Source of the DNA: Octopus sinensis
Lineage: Eukaryota
Length of the DNA: 64,000 nucleotides
Reading direction: 5' to 3'
NCBI RefSeq assembly: GCF_006345805.1
Contig: NC_043003.1
Coordinates: forward strand, 79,112,001 to 79,176,000
Shown here: piece by piece, positions 1-13,135 of the stretch
How positions within the stretch are numbered: the stretch's first letter is position 1
Layout of the letters: each line of letters opens with the position of its first letter
The notes under the pieces: model-generated
The model's database searches: none
What the model was told of the DNA's origin: nothing
The model's input: only the letters and a program-made list of their open reading frames with translations
Made by a program: the position numbers and the translations under genes

Positions 1-135
1 AATTTTTGGAGAGGGGCCAGTCGATTAGATCGCCCCCAGTACGCAATTGGTACTTAACTTATCGACCCCGAAAGGATGAAAGGCAAAGTCGACCTCGGCG
101 GAATTTGAGCTCAGAACGTAACGGCAGACGAAATT
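1..135 (-). mobile_element. tRNA-derived SINE family A (MetaSINE-like core), partial
   Basis: Reverse complement carries the family core AAATTCCGCCGAGGTCGACTTTGCCTTTCATCCTTTCGGGGTCGATAAG, found about ten times in the window. Confidence 0.8.
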
Positions 136-234
136 CACTTAAAGAGAATAACAAGCTACATAATGCAAAATTTTTAAAAATTCCAAATCTAAAGGGTCGA
201 AAAAAAACCGAGTAACGCCGGGCGATACTGCTAG
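136..234 (+). mobile_element. 3' end of non-autonomous Helitron-like element
   Basis: Ends CCGAGTAACGCCGGGCGATACTGCTAG|T, matching the end of the element at 9993-10391. Confidence 0.7.
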
Positions 235-334
235 TATTTTATATTACTATACGATGTTATCACTTAGAGATCATATATGCTCTAATCCTATTTCTCTATA
301 TTTAAATATATTTTGTACAATCGGTTTTTAATAA

Positions 335-800
335 ATAAGGTGTGCTGAAAACAATATAGCACTGAACATTAAGAAGACTAAAGAATTATTTGTGAACTAC
401 AGGAAGTTGAGGTGTTCTCATATATCATTATTTTTCATTAATGTGAGAGGGGTGGAAAAGCTTCACTTCTTGATGTCCTTGATTAACCACATCAGATAAT
501 ATTTTTCTTGGTCATTCAAGCCAGAAGAATGTCCGCACTATCATAGGAATTTAGCGAAAGTAAGAATTACTTTGCAGATTCTTAACAACCTCTATAGGTG
601 AAAGAATACTGATTTATTATTTTTCAGTTTTCTAGTAACTCGGAGTTTCTCATGAAAGAAATGCTTTCCATGAGAAAAAATATTGTAAAGACTGAAAAAG
701 TGAGTAAACAGATTGTTATGTATCACTCAGTTTAACACCACATTCCGATCTCTAGATACCTTCAACGGGCTTAACATCTCACTCTGTTGAAGATTACCAC
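335..800 (+). pseudogene. Highly degenerate Rex1/Babar-like LINE reverse-transcriptase C-terminal fragment
   Basis: Translates to CAENNIALNIKKTKELFVNYRK ... FSWS ... ILNNLYR, matching the WC..NNL.LN..KTKE...D.R motif; interrupted by stops. Confidence 0.6.
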
Positions 801-1054
801 CTGCTATTTGAGGGCAATTTGTAGGTTTAACGAATCGCCCAGTTTAATGCCATTTAGTATTCGAGTGCAATGAGTGGAGTTCCTTCTGTAACAGACATTA
901 AAACCAGACAACTCTTACTGCAGCTATTGGACTACAGATGTTACTCAGTTATGTTAATACCATCAGCTGGGGGTTGTCGGAGTAGAGTCTAAGATTTTAC
1001 CCTACCCTGATAAATTTGTTAAACATTATAGCAGTGAAAGTAATAATTTCATCT

Positions 1055-1257
1055 TTTATTTTTTACTTGTTTCATTCATTAGACTGCGGTCATGCTGGAG
1101 CACCACCTTGAAGGATTTTAGACGATTGAATCGATCCCAATACTTATTTTTTAATGCCTGGTACTTATTCTATCCGTCTCTTTTGCCGATCCGTTAAATT
1201 ACAGGGACGTAAACACACCAACACCAGTGCTCAAGCCGTGGTAGGGGCCAAACACAC

Positions 1258-1300
<43 letters not shown>

Positions 1301-1474
1301 CACACACACCACGACGGGTTTCTTTCAGCTTCCATCTACCAACTTCACTCACAAGGCTTTAGTCAATCTGTGGCTATAGTAGGAGACACTTACCCAAGGT
1401 ACCACGCAGCGAAACTGAACCCAGAACTATGTGGCTGAGAAGCAAACTTCTTAATTCACAACCACGCTGCGCCT
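1055..1474 (-). mobile_element. tRNA-derived SINE family B, diverged copy
   Basis: Matches the family B consensus (best copies 25133-25530, 42508-42920), with internal CA/TA microsatellite. Confidence 0.85.
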
Positions 1475-1529
1475 GAGTAAGAAAGGCGGAAGAAATGCTT
1501 CTAAGCATTTTGCCCAGCAAGCTAACAAT

Positions 1530-1928
1530 TCTTTTCTACTCTAGGCGCAAGACCCGAAATTTTTGGAGAGGGGCCAGTCGATTAGATCGCCCCCAGTACG
1601 CAATTGGTACTTAACTTATCGACCCCGAAAGGATGAAAGGCAAAGTCGACCTCGGCGGAATTTGAACTCAGCACGTAAAGACAGACGAAATACCTATTTC
1701 TTTACTACCCACAAGGGGTTAAACACATAAAGGACAAACAAGGACAGACAAAAGGATTAAGTCGATTATATCGACACCAGTGCGTAACTGGTACTTAACT
1801 TATCGACCCCGAAAGGATGAAAGGCAAAGTCGACTTCGGCGGAATTTGAACTCAGAACGTAACGGCAGACGAAATATGGCTACGCATTTCGCCCGGCGTG
1901 CTAACGTTTCTGCCAGCTCGCTGCCCTC

Positions 1929-1930
<2 letters not shown>
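1530..1930 (-). mobile_element. Dimeric SINE family A
   Basis: Two tandem core copies with different tails; same layout as 28752-29150. Confidence 0.8.
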
Positions 1931-1998
<68 letters not shown>

Positions 1999-2026
1999 TG
2001 ATGATGATGATGATGATGATGATAAC

Positions 2027-2584
2027 AAATGCCTTGATGCAGTACCAGGCAGTAGCTCATATGGCTTCTGATCTTAACTGATTGGAAGTGTTTTCATGTA
2101 CATTGTTTTGTCTTAGTATAAAATATGTGCTACAGCAAATATTCTGCTCAATACCACAGATTTGCTTGTCAGTTGTTTGACCTTAACCACTTGAGCATGT
2201 CCCTTAGTGGCTGACGATATGTACATATCTGATCACGAGCAGAAGTAGTGGGGGAGCATCATAGCCGTGTGTTGAGAGGAATTATTTTGGGGTTTGAATA
2301 ATTCACCTTTGGAAACATGGTGTTTCGTTCAACATCCTTGAACAATACTTATTCAGGGACCTTTTGAGCGGGATGCCCTACTAGACCAGAAGAAAATTCT
2401 AACTGGGCTCCACCTGCAAGGTCATGCGCTGTTTCTTTTGATATGAGATCACAATGTCGCGCACATATGGTTGTGATGCATGTGCTTGGTGTCCCCTTAT
2501 CAGACGGGTAGTTATGATGGGAATACTGGGCTTCGTATATTTTACCCCAGTGTCACTTTGATGGCATGCACTGCTCTCTCACTC
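2027..2584 (+). mobile_element. ~560-bp non-autonomous retroposon (family E) in a (TAA)n array
   Basis: Near-identical copies at 18557-19098(-), 29308-29863(-) and 58785-59140(+, 5'-truncated); ends CTCTCTCACTC-(AAT)n. Confidence 0.8.
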
Positions 2585-2647
<63 letters not shown>

Positions 2648-3205
2648 TCTATGTCGGTATTATGAAATCAAAACCACTGACAAATTTTATAAACACCATC
2701 CTAAAGCTGTGACTGAGTGAGAAAATATATCGATTCTCTAGGACTTCCCCGTACATACTGACAAAACAATGAAAGCTAATAAACCAGATATTATTATAAA
2801 AGATCAGTCAAAAGAGGTGTGTTTATTAATTGACATGAGTATTCCTTGCGATCACAATATAGCGGCGAAAGAATTTGACAAGATCAGTAAATATAAAGAC
2901 TTGCTAATAGAAATTGGAAAAATGTGGCATCTTAAGGCGACTACAGTACCAGTGATTGTAGGATCTCTAGGAATGATAAACATAATTTTTTAAAAAGTAC
3001 GGAAGCGTATTTGAAAATGATACCAGTCTTACCATCCCTACAGGAAGTGCAAAAAATCGTGTTAACTGGAACGACTCATGTACTAAGAAGAGCATTATCG
3101 CTGTGAAAACAACATCCATTCATGAATGCATACAACGAACTTCTCTGCCCTAGGTGTACGGAAAACACTTGGCGAGAAATGGAAGAAAATTTGAAGGAAA
3201 GGAAA
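2648..3205 (+). pseudogene. R4/Dong-like non-LTR retrotransposon 3' fragment (restriction-like endonuclease plus 3' UTR)
   Basis: KANKPDIIIKDQSKEVCLLIDMSIP...KEFDKISKYKDLLIEIGKMW...VPVIVGSLG is a PD-(D/E)xK RLE motif; flanked by (TAA)n on both sides. Confidence 0.85.
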
Positions 3206-3221
3206 ATAATAATAATAATAA

Positions 3222-3437
3222 TCTTTTCTGCTATAGGTACAAGGCCTGAAATTTAGGGGAAGAGACTAGTCAATCACATCGACCCTAGTGTTTCACTAGT
3301 ACTTAATTTATCGATCCTGAAAGGATGAAAAGCAAAGTCGGCTTCGGTGGAATTTGAACTCAGAACGTAGCGACTGGCGAAATACCGCTAAGCATTTCGT
3401 TCAGCGCGCTAACGATTCTGCCAGCTCCGCCACCTTA
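3222..3437 (-). mobile_element. SINE family A
   Basis: tRNA-like head plus family core on the minus strand. Confidence 0.8.
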
Positions 3438-3639
3438 ACCTGTTGCATTTATTATACTCATACTTTTATTGAACTCGGCATTAATTTGATATTATTTACA
3501 ACGTTTGTTGCTATGGCAACTGAGCTGTTCTCCATCCGTTATAGCTATTACTGTCGTTGTTGTCATGGTGACTGAACGACTCTACTTTATATGTCATAGC
3601 TACTTTATGTTACAGCAGAAACAGCAGTCACTACTGGGG

Positions 3640-3652
3640 CAGTGGTGGTGGT

Positions 3653-3683
<31 letters not shown>

Positions 3684-4127
3684 CTGGTGGTGCTGGTAGT
3701 GATGGTGATGGTGGTGATGGTGGTGGTGGTGGTGGTGGTGGTGGTGGTGGTGGTGGATTTGGTGGTAGTGGTGGATTTGGTGGTGGTGGTGGTAGTGGCG
3801 GTGGTGGTGGTGGTGGCGGCGGCGGTGGTGGTGGCGGCGGCGGTGGTGGTGGTGGTGGCGGCGGTGGTGGTGCTGGTGGTGCTGGTGATAGTGGTGGTGG
3901 TGATGGTGGTGATGGTGGTGGTGTGATTGTTATGGCAACTGAGCAGGTTTACTTTACATGTCACAGCTGCTTATGTCACTGATCTGGCTGTCACTGATGT
4001 TGCTAACACTTATTGTTGTTACTGCAGACGCTGTTGATTCTGTTGCTAACTGCCTATATTACCGTCTCTGCTGCTACTGATAATGATGTTGTAGTTGTTG
4101 TTGATGATGATGATGATGATGATGATA

Positions 4128-4189
<62 letters not shown>

Positions 4190-4419
4190 AGTTGTGGTGG
4201 TGGTGGTGGTGATGATGACGACGATGATAGTGATGATGGTGGTGGTGGTGGTGGTGATGGTATGGTGGTGGTGGTGATGATGATGATGACGATGATGATC
4301 GTATGATAGATTAGTAACTCGGCATACATCTCTTACATAAGGTTCCTGGTGTTACTACAGTCACAACTGTCACTGCCGCTGTTGTCGCTGCTGCAGCTGT
4401 TGCTGCTGCTTCTGCTGCT

Positions 4420-4471
<52 letters not shown>

Positions 4472-4532
4472 GGGAGGAGGAGGAGGAGGAGGAGAAAGAG
4501 GAGGATCAGGATGACAACGACGACGTCGATGG

Positions 4533-4580
<48 letters not shown>

Positions 4581-5366
4581 CGATGATGATGATGACGACG
4601 ACGACGATGATGATGATGATGAAGATGATGGTGGTGATGATGACGGTGATGGTGATAATGATGATGATGGTGTGGGCTTTGGTGGTAGCGATGGGGGTGA
4701 CGATGATGATGACGATGATGATGATGATGACGATGACGACGACGATGACTATGATGGCGACGACGACGATCGATATTTTGTACATTTGTGGATACGTGAG
4801 CCTCATCACAACAAGCATCATCATCATCAACTCCCTCATAAAAAAACACCACCTGATGTTGTTACACACACTGCAAATGACAGCTGTTGTCCGGTTTGTC
4901 AGCTGAGTGGGTTTCTGCTTTACATCTGCCATGTAGAATTTTGCTTGATGTTACTCTTAACACCGCGCTCTCTTGTCGCTATTATCGCTGTCTCTATGCC
5001 CACCACTACCACCACCACCACCACCACCACCAGCAGCAACCCTCTCTGTGCTGCTGCTGCTGCAGTTTTTTTTTTTATCACAGCTGTGCAGTACAGCTTC
5101 CATCTGTCATAGACTATTGATGGTACTATATTGATACTGCCTGTATCTGTTGCTGTCGTAGTGGTTCTTCTAGCAGCTGAGCAACTATCCTTCCCTTCTT
5201 TCTGTGTATCTCATGATGCGAGGTCGATGTTGCAGCTGGTGATCTCACCGCTGCTGTTGTTGTTACTGCTGGTGTCGTCGTTGTTGTTACAACAGCTGAG
5301 CAGCTCTGGCAGTTTTTCTGTAAATTCATGGCTGCTACTACTGCTACTGCTGCTGCTGCTACTACA

Positions 5367-5453
<87 letters not shown>

Positions 5454-5477
5454 TTACTACCACCACCACCACCACCA

Positions 5478-5522
<45 letters not shown>
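3640..5522. repeat. Compound trinucleotide microsatellites (GGT, GAT, GAC, CTG, CTA, CAC)
   Basis: Directly visible; source of the homopolymeric ORFs. Confidence 0.95.
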
Positions 5523-5524
<2 letters not shown>

Positions 5525-5830
5525 CATTGTTCGACCGTGGTCGAGACAATGGAATTTACCATGCTACGCCAGACTTCACGGTCCATCATGGCATTACGGA
5601 GGTCCTGTTGCTGGATGCCTGTATCCCTGGAGATTACATCAGGGTAGGAGAGTGTGCGCCCTCTGGTATTGCGAGTAGATGGCTTCCAGAGGAGAAGAGT
5701 AGAAATTACTTCTTTTTCAGCTCTACAACAATGTCCAGCAAACTGGACTCTCTTACCTTTCACAAGAGATGACACAGGTGGTAGTTTCCCATATATTTGC
5801 ATTTTGGTTGGGTGGCGCTTCCACTACTAC
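5522..5830 (-). pseudogene. RTE-clade LINE 3' fragment
   Basis: LVKGKRVQFAGHCCRAEKEVISTLLLWKPS...YPDVISRDTG...MMDREVWRSMV matches the RTE C-terminal FAGH..R / DR..WR motifs, followed by a short repeat tail. Confidence 0.8.
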
Positions 5831-6082
5831 TTAGTGTCAATAAGTGATCAAGCCTTTGCATCAATATGTGTGTGAAAATACGCACGCAAACATGCACACA
5901 CACACAAACACATACAGACACACACACACACACACATATCGTCAGTAAATCATAAAACCGAAAGTGAGCAGTAGATTAATTAGATAAAGATAAAGATAAA
6001 GATAAAGATATCTATGGCGGTTCGTTGGGTAACCCAGGGCTTCGTGTCCATAAAGCGCTCAGCTTTACATACGCTGTGGACT

Positions 6083-6358
6083 AAGCCGCGTTTGCTTAGT
6101 GGTTAGGGTTTTCGGCTCAAAATCGTTGTCCTTGAGCAAGACACTTTATTTCACGTTGCTCCAGTCCACTCAGCTGACAAAAAATTAGCTGTACCTTTAT
6201 TTCAAAGGCCCAGCCCTGTCACATTCTCTGTTACGCTGAACATCCCCGAGAACTGTATTAAGCGCACATATATCTGTGGAGTACTCAGCCACTTGCACGT
6301 TAACTTCACGAGCAGGCTGTTCCGTTGATCGGATTAACTGGAAACCTCGTCGTCGTAT
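6083..6358 (+). mobile_element. Chimeric SINE: family D head/core joined to family C tail
   Basis: CTTGAGCAAGACACTTTATTTCACGTTGCTCCAGTCCACTCAGCT followed by the TTTCAAAGG...CCTCGTCGTCGTA tail seen at 55040-55416. Confidence 0.7.
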
Positions 6359-6431
6359 TATATATAACTTTGGCTCCAAAGACGACCAAAATTCGTAAAT
6401 AATTCATCTTCTCTTAAAGGAGAGAATAATA

Positions 6432-6670
6432 AATACCTATTTCTTTATTACCCACAAGGGACTAAACACAGAGCGGACAAACAAGTACTGACATAGGTAT
6501 TAAGTCGATTACATCGACCCCAGTGCGTAACTGGTACTTAATTTATCGACCCCGAAAGGATGAAAGGCAAAGTCGACCTCGGCGGAATTTGAACTCACAA
6601 CGTAACGCAGACGAAATACCACTAAGCATTTCGCCCGGCGTGCTAACGTTTCTGCCAGCTCGCCGCCTTA
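6432..6670 (-). mobile_element. SINE family A
   Basis: Full head and core; AATAATAAATACC repeated on both sides (possible TSD). Confidence 0.85.
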
Positions 6671-6861
6671 ATAATAAATACCGACCAGCCACGGTCAATC
6701 GCAAAATACTGCATGTATGTATTTAAATACACACACATGCACGCACACACACACATACACACACATGTTAACATTAATCAGGATGATTACTCTACTCGTA
6801 GAAGTTAATGCGCGCGCATGTATTATGCGAATGTATGCGCACGCGCGCGTATATATACTCT

Positions 6862-7247
6862 CTCTTTACTCTTACTCTTTTACTTGTTTCAGTCATTTGA
6901 CTGCGGCCATGCTGGAGCACCGCCTTTAATCGAGCAACTCGACCCCGGGACTTATTCTTTGTAAGCCCAGTACTTATTCTATCGATCTCTTTTGCCGAAC
7001 CGCTAAGTGACGGGGACGTAAACACACCAGCATCGGTTGTCAAGCAATGCTAGGGGGACAAACACAGACACGCATATATATATACGACAGGCTTCTTTCA
7101 GTTTCCGTCTACCAAATCCACTCACAAGGCATTGGTCGGCCCGAGGCTATAGCAGAGACACTTGCCCAAGATGCCACGCAATGGGACTGAACCGGGAACC
7201 ATGTGGTTGGTTAGCAAGCTACTTAACACACAGCCACTCCTGCGCCT
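6862..7247 (-). mobile_element. SINE family B, full length
   Basis: A box TGGCTGTGTG and B box GGTTCAGTCCC on the minus strand; GTAAAAGA tail. Confidence 0.9.
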
Positions 7248-7252
7248 ATATA

Positions 7253-7575
<323 letters not shown>

Positions 7576-7784
7576 TATATAAGACACCCGACACCCGACG
7601 CGTGGCACACAGTGCACATGTGCAGACAGTGTCGATTTGATCGAGAGAATGAGCTAACGTGCTGCACGAACGTTTGATCACTATAAACAAATCATTTGTG
7701 CAGGTCTTTCGGCAAAAGCTGAACGCTCATACGTCGTGTATCTTGTGTGTGTATAATATATATATATTATATATATATAATATT

Positions 7785-8052
7785 CAAGGCGGTGCTCCAG
7801 CGTTGTCGCAGTCAAATGACTGGAATAAGTAAAAGAATATATATATAATATATATATATATATTATATATATATATGCTCTTTTACTCATTTACACCGCC
7901 TTTAGTCGAGCAAATCGACCCCAGGACTTATTCTTTGTAAGCCTAGTACTTATTCTATCGGTCTCTTTTGCCGAATCGCTAAGTGACGGAGACGTAAACA
8001 CATCAGCATCGGTTGGGGGGACAAACACAGACGCACAAACATATACACACAC

Positions 8053-8144
<92 letters not shown>

Positions 8145-9435
8145 CGGGCTCCTTTCAGCTTTTGTCTACCAAATCCACTCACAAGGCTTAGGTCGGCCCG
8201 AGGCTATAGTAGAAGACACTTGCCCAAGGTGCCACTCTGTGGGACTGAACCCGGAACCATGTGGTTGGTAAGCAATATCTTTTATCTTTTATTTGCTTCA
8301 GTCTTTAGACTGTGGCCATGCTAGGGCACTGCCTTGAACTTTTAGTCGAATGGATCGACCCCAGTGCTTAATTTTTAAGCCTAGTTCTTACTCTATCGTT
8401 CTCGAACCGCTAAGTTACGGTACGGGGATGCAAGCACATCGATACCCGTTGTCAATCAGCGGTGGGGAGGGGAAAACAATGACAGAAAGACACACACACA
8501 CATAGATATAGTCTTTACTCTGTACTCTTACTTTTTTCAGTCATTTGACTGCGGCCATGCTGGAACACCGCCTTTAGTCGAGTAAATCGACCCCAGGACT
8601 TATTCTTTGTAAGACTAGTACTTATTCTATCGGTCTCTTTTGCCGAACTGCTAAGTTACGGGGACGTAAACACACCAGCATCGGTTGTCAAGCGATGTTG
8701 GGGGGACACAAACACAGACACACAAACACACACACACACATATATATATACGACGGGCTTCTTTCAGTTTCCGCCTACCAAATTCACTCACAGGGCTTTG
8801 GTCGGCCCGATGCTATAGTAGAAGACACTTGCCGAAGGTGCCACGCAGTGGGACTGAACCAAGAATCATGTGGCTGGTAAGCAACCACACAGCCACTCCT
8901 GCGCATATATACATACATATATACATATACGGTGGGCAACGCTGGATTAACCCATTAAATAAAATAAGCACAAGGGACGAGGGCACCACAGAAATGAAAA
9001 TGGTTTACGGCACGAAAAAAATCACTTGAAATTAAATATTCGTAATGCCTTATCTCTATTAAGTATAGAAGCAGAAGTTTATCGTAAAATTGATTTTAAC
9101 GATATCATCAAACACTTTGCAATTATAAAAAGAAAAAAAAAGGAGAAAATTTTTCCAATGTAAATTAAGTGGAAGCATACAAAAATAAACATTAGTTTCC
9201 ATCTTACAGTTTTGTTTATATTTTGAAACATCTACATATACTTGAGGTCACCAAAACCTTTTAAGTGCTTAGGGCCTCTATGGTTCTTAATCCGGCTCTG
9301 ACGACGGGCTTCTTTCAGCTTCCATCTATCAGACCCACTCGCAAGGTTTTGGTTGGCCCGGGGTTATAGTAGAGGACGCTTGCCGAAGGGGCGAGGCAGT
9401 GGAACTGAATCCGGAACCATGTGGTTGGGAAGCAA
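7785..9435 (-). mobile_element. Cluster of SINE family B copies and fragments
   Basis: Copies at about 7878-8275, 8281-8500, 8513-8904 and 9301-9435, plus an inverted 3' fragment at 7785-7836. Confidence 0.85.
8937..9300 (+). mobile_element. Internally deleted hAT transposon inserted in a SINE B
   Basis: Imperfect TIRs CAACGCTGGATTAA / TTAATCCGGCTCTG; 8-bp flanks ACGGTGGG and ACGACGGG; remnant ALSLLSIEAEVYRKIDFNDIIKHFA of the hAT dimerisation domain. Confidence 0.75.
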
Positions 9436-9469
9436 GCGCGTGTGTGTGTGTGTGTGTGTGCATTCATCA

Positions 9470-9770
9470 CAAGGTCCTACCCTTGTTGTGGTGTAGAGGC
9501 TTGCATACCTCAATGACCCCCGAGAAGCTATTCCAGTGGAGTATAATTTCTTAGTAAGTTCTCCTATACTGGATTAGTCAAAGAATAGAAGCCATACTAT
9601 CATAAACCACTTCTTCCCATACATAAGAAAAGGGTTTGCATAAGGTCAACACTCCTACATAAAAAAAAAAACAAATAAAAACTCAAGACCAACAAGATCT
9701 GGGAGAGCAAGGCCTTTGCTCAGGGAAACGTAGCAAAATCAAGTGTCCAAGCAGAGAAAAGTTGTCGGCA
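9470..9770 (+). mobile_element. Probable RTE-clade LINE 5' UTR remnant
   Basis: CCTTGTTGTGGTGTAGAGGCTTGCATACCTCAATGA...AGCTAT resembles the RTE/BovB 5' UTR motif CCTTGTCGTGG...GGCTTGCG...CAATGA (recalled). Confidence 0.45.
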
Positions 9771-9992
9771 CGATAGGGAGCGAAAGGCTTAAGTGTGTAT
9801 ATATGTGCCTACGTGTGTTTTTATACGAATATGTACTTATATAATAATGTGTCTGGGCGTGCGCGCATACGTGTGTAAAAAATCCACAGATGTGTGTATT
9901 TGTGCATGTATATATGTGAGTGTGCTTGTGTATATGATCATGTATATATATATATATATACACATACATATACATATATATATATATATATA

Positions 9993-10391
9993 TCTTTATA
10001 TATAAAAGAGAAGTTGTGTGTCTGTCTTCTACGATTTAGATTCCTAACTACTCCCACATTTTGCGGTGCAGTTTAAACAAAACCGGGTATCTTATAGTCG
10101 TGATTCCTATCGAGCTCTTCTGGGTATTAGCGCGCGTCTACGATGAGTCTACGATTTCAAAAAAAAATTTACCATCATTTTTTTCCATTTTAATGCTTTT
10201 TTCGCTATTATATAAGGGAAGTAACTCTCTAAAAATGTCTACGATGAGTCAACGATTTAAAAAAAAATTTACCATAATTTTTTTTCCATTTTTAATGCAT
10301 TTTTTTTGCTATTTTTTTGCTATAACTCTCTAAAAATGCTTATATAATTATTTCCCTTACAAACCCGAGCAACGCCGGGCGATACTGCTAG
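9993..10391 (+). mobile_element. Non-autonomous Helitron-like element
   Basis: A|TC start, subterminal hairpin CCCGAGCAACGCCGGG, CTAG|T end, no TSD; second copy at 14487-14872. Confidence 0.8.
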
Positions 10392-10502
10392 TATATATAT
10401 ATATATAATAAAGGGAAAGTTTACGAAAATAAACAAAAGACGAAAGCAGGTGGAGTACAAACAAACAAATGTATTAGTATAGCACTCAGGAATAGAAAAA
10501 AG

Positions 10503-10540
10503 TCTTTTACGTTTCGAGCCTACGCTCTTCGACAGAAAGA
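10503..10540 (-). ncRNA. Minimal type I hammerhead-like motif (variant core) in a TA-embedded repeat
   Basis: UCUUU-CUGUCGA-A-GAGC GUAG GCUC-GAAAC-GUA-AAAGA; stems I and II pair; core has U at A6. Confidence 0.45.
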
Positions 10541-10615
10541 TACACAGAAAAAAAAAAAAAAGGATAGAAAAAAATGCGTGTAGGAGCTAACGATCTATCA
10601 TGGCGTCCTACATAT

Positions 10616-10665
<50 letters not shown>

Positions 10666-11279
10666 TTAATATTAGGGAAGTTATTTCCGAGTTCACAGGG
10701 GAGAGAAGTTCAGTTAGTGGTACTAAAATGAATTACTCACTGTATTATATACATATATATATAGAAAGGTTTAAGAGACAGAATCACCCTCAAGCATGTA
10801 TGTACATGTATATGTGTGTGTCTGTGTATATATATATATATATATATATGCACATATATATATGTGTGTTTGTGTGTGCATGTGTGTGTGTGTGTGTGTG
10901 TGTGTAGATGTATATGTATATAACCAGGTGATGGAGAAGTACATAATGTAACAAAAAATACAGAGGTGGAGTCAAAAGAAGGCAACAAAGAAAGAAAAAA
11001 CACAAAGGAAAAAAAGGGAGAAAAAATACTTTAAAAAAAAGAACACGAATAAAAAAATGAGAGATACGAAGAGAGAATAAGAGTGAAAATGTTTGATGGG
11101 AGGAATATGATTAAGAGATAAGGGGAGTTAAGAGCGAGTTTAGTGTGGTTGAGTGACTGGTGTGAATGTTAAAGAAAATATATGGAAAGGGACAGGGACG
11201 AGGGAGAATAAGGAAATATTGAGGAGGAGACGATCAGCGTCATATCGCTTATGATGGCGTTCGTTCTAGGGCATCGCTA

Positions 11280-11428
11280 CTACTGCTGCTTCTGCTGCTT
11301 CTGCTGCTGCTGTTGCTGCCGCTGTTGCTGCTTCTGCTGCCGCTGTTGCCTGTTTCTGCTGCCGCTGCTACTGCTGCTGCTGCTACTACTATTACTACTA
11401 CTATTACTACTACTATTACTACTACTAT

Positions 11429-11463
<35 letters not shown>

Positions 11464-11753
11464 ACTACTACTACCAGCACGAGCACCACCACCACCACTA
11501 CTACTACTACTTCTACTACCACCAGCACCGCCACCACCACCACCACCACTACTACTACTACTACTACCACAACCACCAGCACCGCCACTACAACTACTAC
11601 TGCTACTACTACTACCACGACCCACCACTACCGACACAGCTACCACCACAACGACTACAACTACCACCATTACTACTACTACTACTACTAATACCACAAC
11701 TACAACCACCACGACCACTACTGCTTCTACTACTACTACCAACACGACTACTG

Positions 11754-11787
<34 letters not shown>

Positions 11788-11950
11788 CATACCACAACTA
11801 CCACCAGCACCACTACTGCTACTACCAACACAACGATCACAACCACTACCACTATCGTTATTACCACTACTTCTACTACTACTATTTCTACTACCAATAC
11901 TGCCAACGTCACCACCACCACTCACTACTACATACATACACACATACATA
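11280..11950. repeat. Compound CTG/CTA/CAC microsatellite
   Basis: Directly visible. Confidence 0.95.
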
Positions 11951-12737
11951 CATACAGGAACTAGAAATTTCAGCCAAATACCTGATGCACAAAAGGGTAG
12001 AGATTCAGGAAAAGCAGTAAAATGTGACAACCAATGCAGATTTTGTAGAGTTAACACCGTAGATATCACCCACCTCATAAGCAGTTGTCCGAAAATGTCA
12101 TCACGGTATCATCTACCGATGAGGCATGATTTTGTAACTGGGACACTCTATAATGAAATCCGTCGGAAGGAAAACCCTGGGGACAAAGAAAGAAGAACCC
12201 ATAAGAGATAAGCCATAGCCATTCATAATAAAAAGTAGTACTGGGGGAATGTCCCAGTGAAGACCTCAATAAAATGTAAATGCAACAGGCCTGATATAAT
12301 AATGATTTGGGATAGAGAAGAGAAACTGTGTACAGTTGTGGAAATTAGCTGCCCAGCGGATGTTAACATAAAGCTGAAAATCAGTGAAAAAGAGAATATC
12401 TACACTGAACTATTGAAAAACCTACAGTTACGCTATCCAGATTACAAGTTCAGGTTTATACCTGTAATTATTGGGGCCCTAGGATATGTAACACAATGCC
12501 TAAATACCAATCTTGAGAAATTAGGCTTCTCAAAACCAGAAAGGAGAACGCTGATTCGAAGACTACAGATCCAGTCCAACACTGGAACTGTGAAAATCTG
12601 TAAAACTTTCCAGAAGTTTAACAATTAAATATATATGAGCAGGTCTTGATATGCAACTATATGCACGAGAATATATACATAAAACAAAACATATGTCTGC
12701 ACATATACATACATACATACATACATACATACATACA

Positions 12738-12769
<32 letters not shown>

Positions 12770-13052
12770 ATAACAAAGGGTAAAATTAATTAATTAAGAA
12801 GTAATCAATAATTTCACCAAGTAGAATTCGGCATGAAAAAAGGACCATTTCATGGTAAACTTAAGTAATACTAAATAATTAGGGTTCAGCAAAGATTTGC
12901 TTTACCACATACCGAAGTTTAGAAATAGCAGCCAAAAAACGTTAGCTATTTCTTCTACTTTAAAAAGGGACTCCTAGAAAAACCCAAATACCTGAAAACA
13001 ATCCACACAGGCAGAAAGGAAGAAGTAACGAAAATCAATCAATATCTGGTCA

Positions 13053-13135
13053 CCTATGGACGCGCGTTTCGGAATTAGGTTGGAATGAAGAATATAAAAT
13101 TATACTTTACCAACCGTTTTCCTCTTCAGCATAGG
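13053..13135 (-). ncRNA. Type I hammerhead ribozyme
   Basis: CCUAUG-CUGAAGA-GGAA..GGUUGG..CCAACC..UUCC-GAAAC-GCGC-GUC|CAUAGG; core and all three stems present. Confidence 0.85.

Noticed and set aside
3605-5530. Poly-Met/Asp/His/Leu ORFs
   Set aside because: Trinucleotide microsatellites with no stop codons
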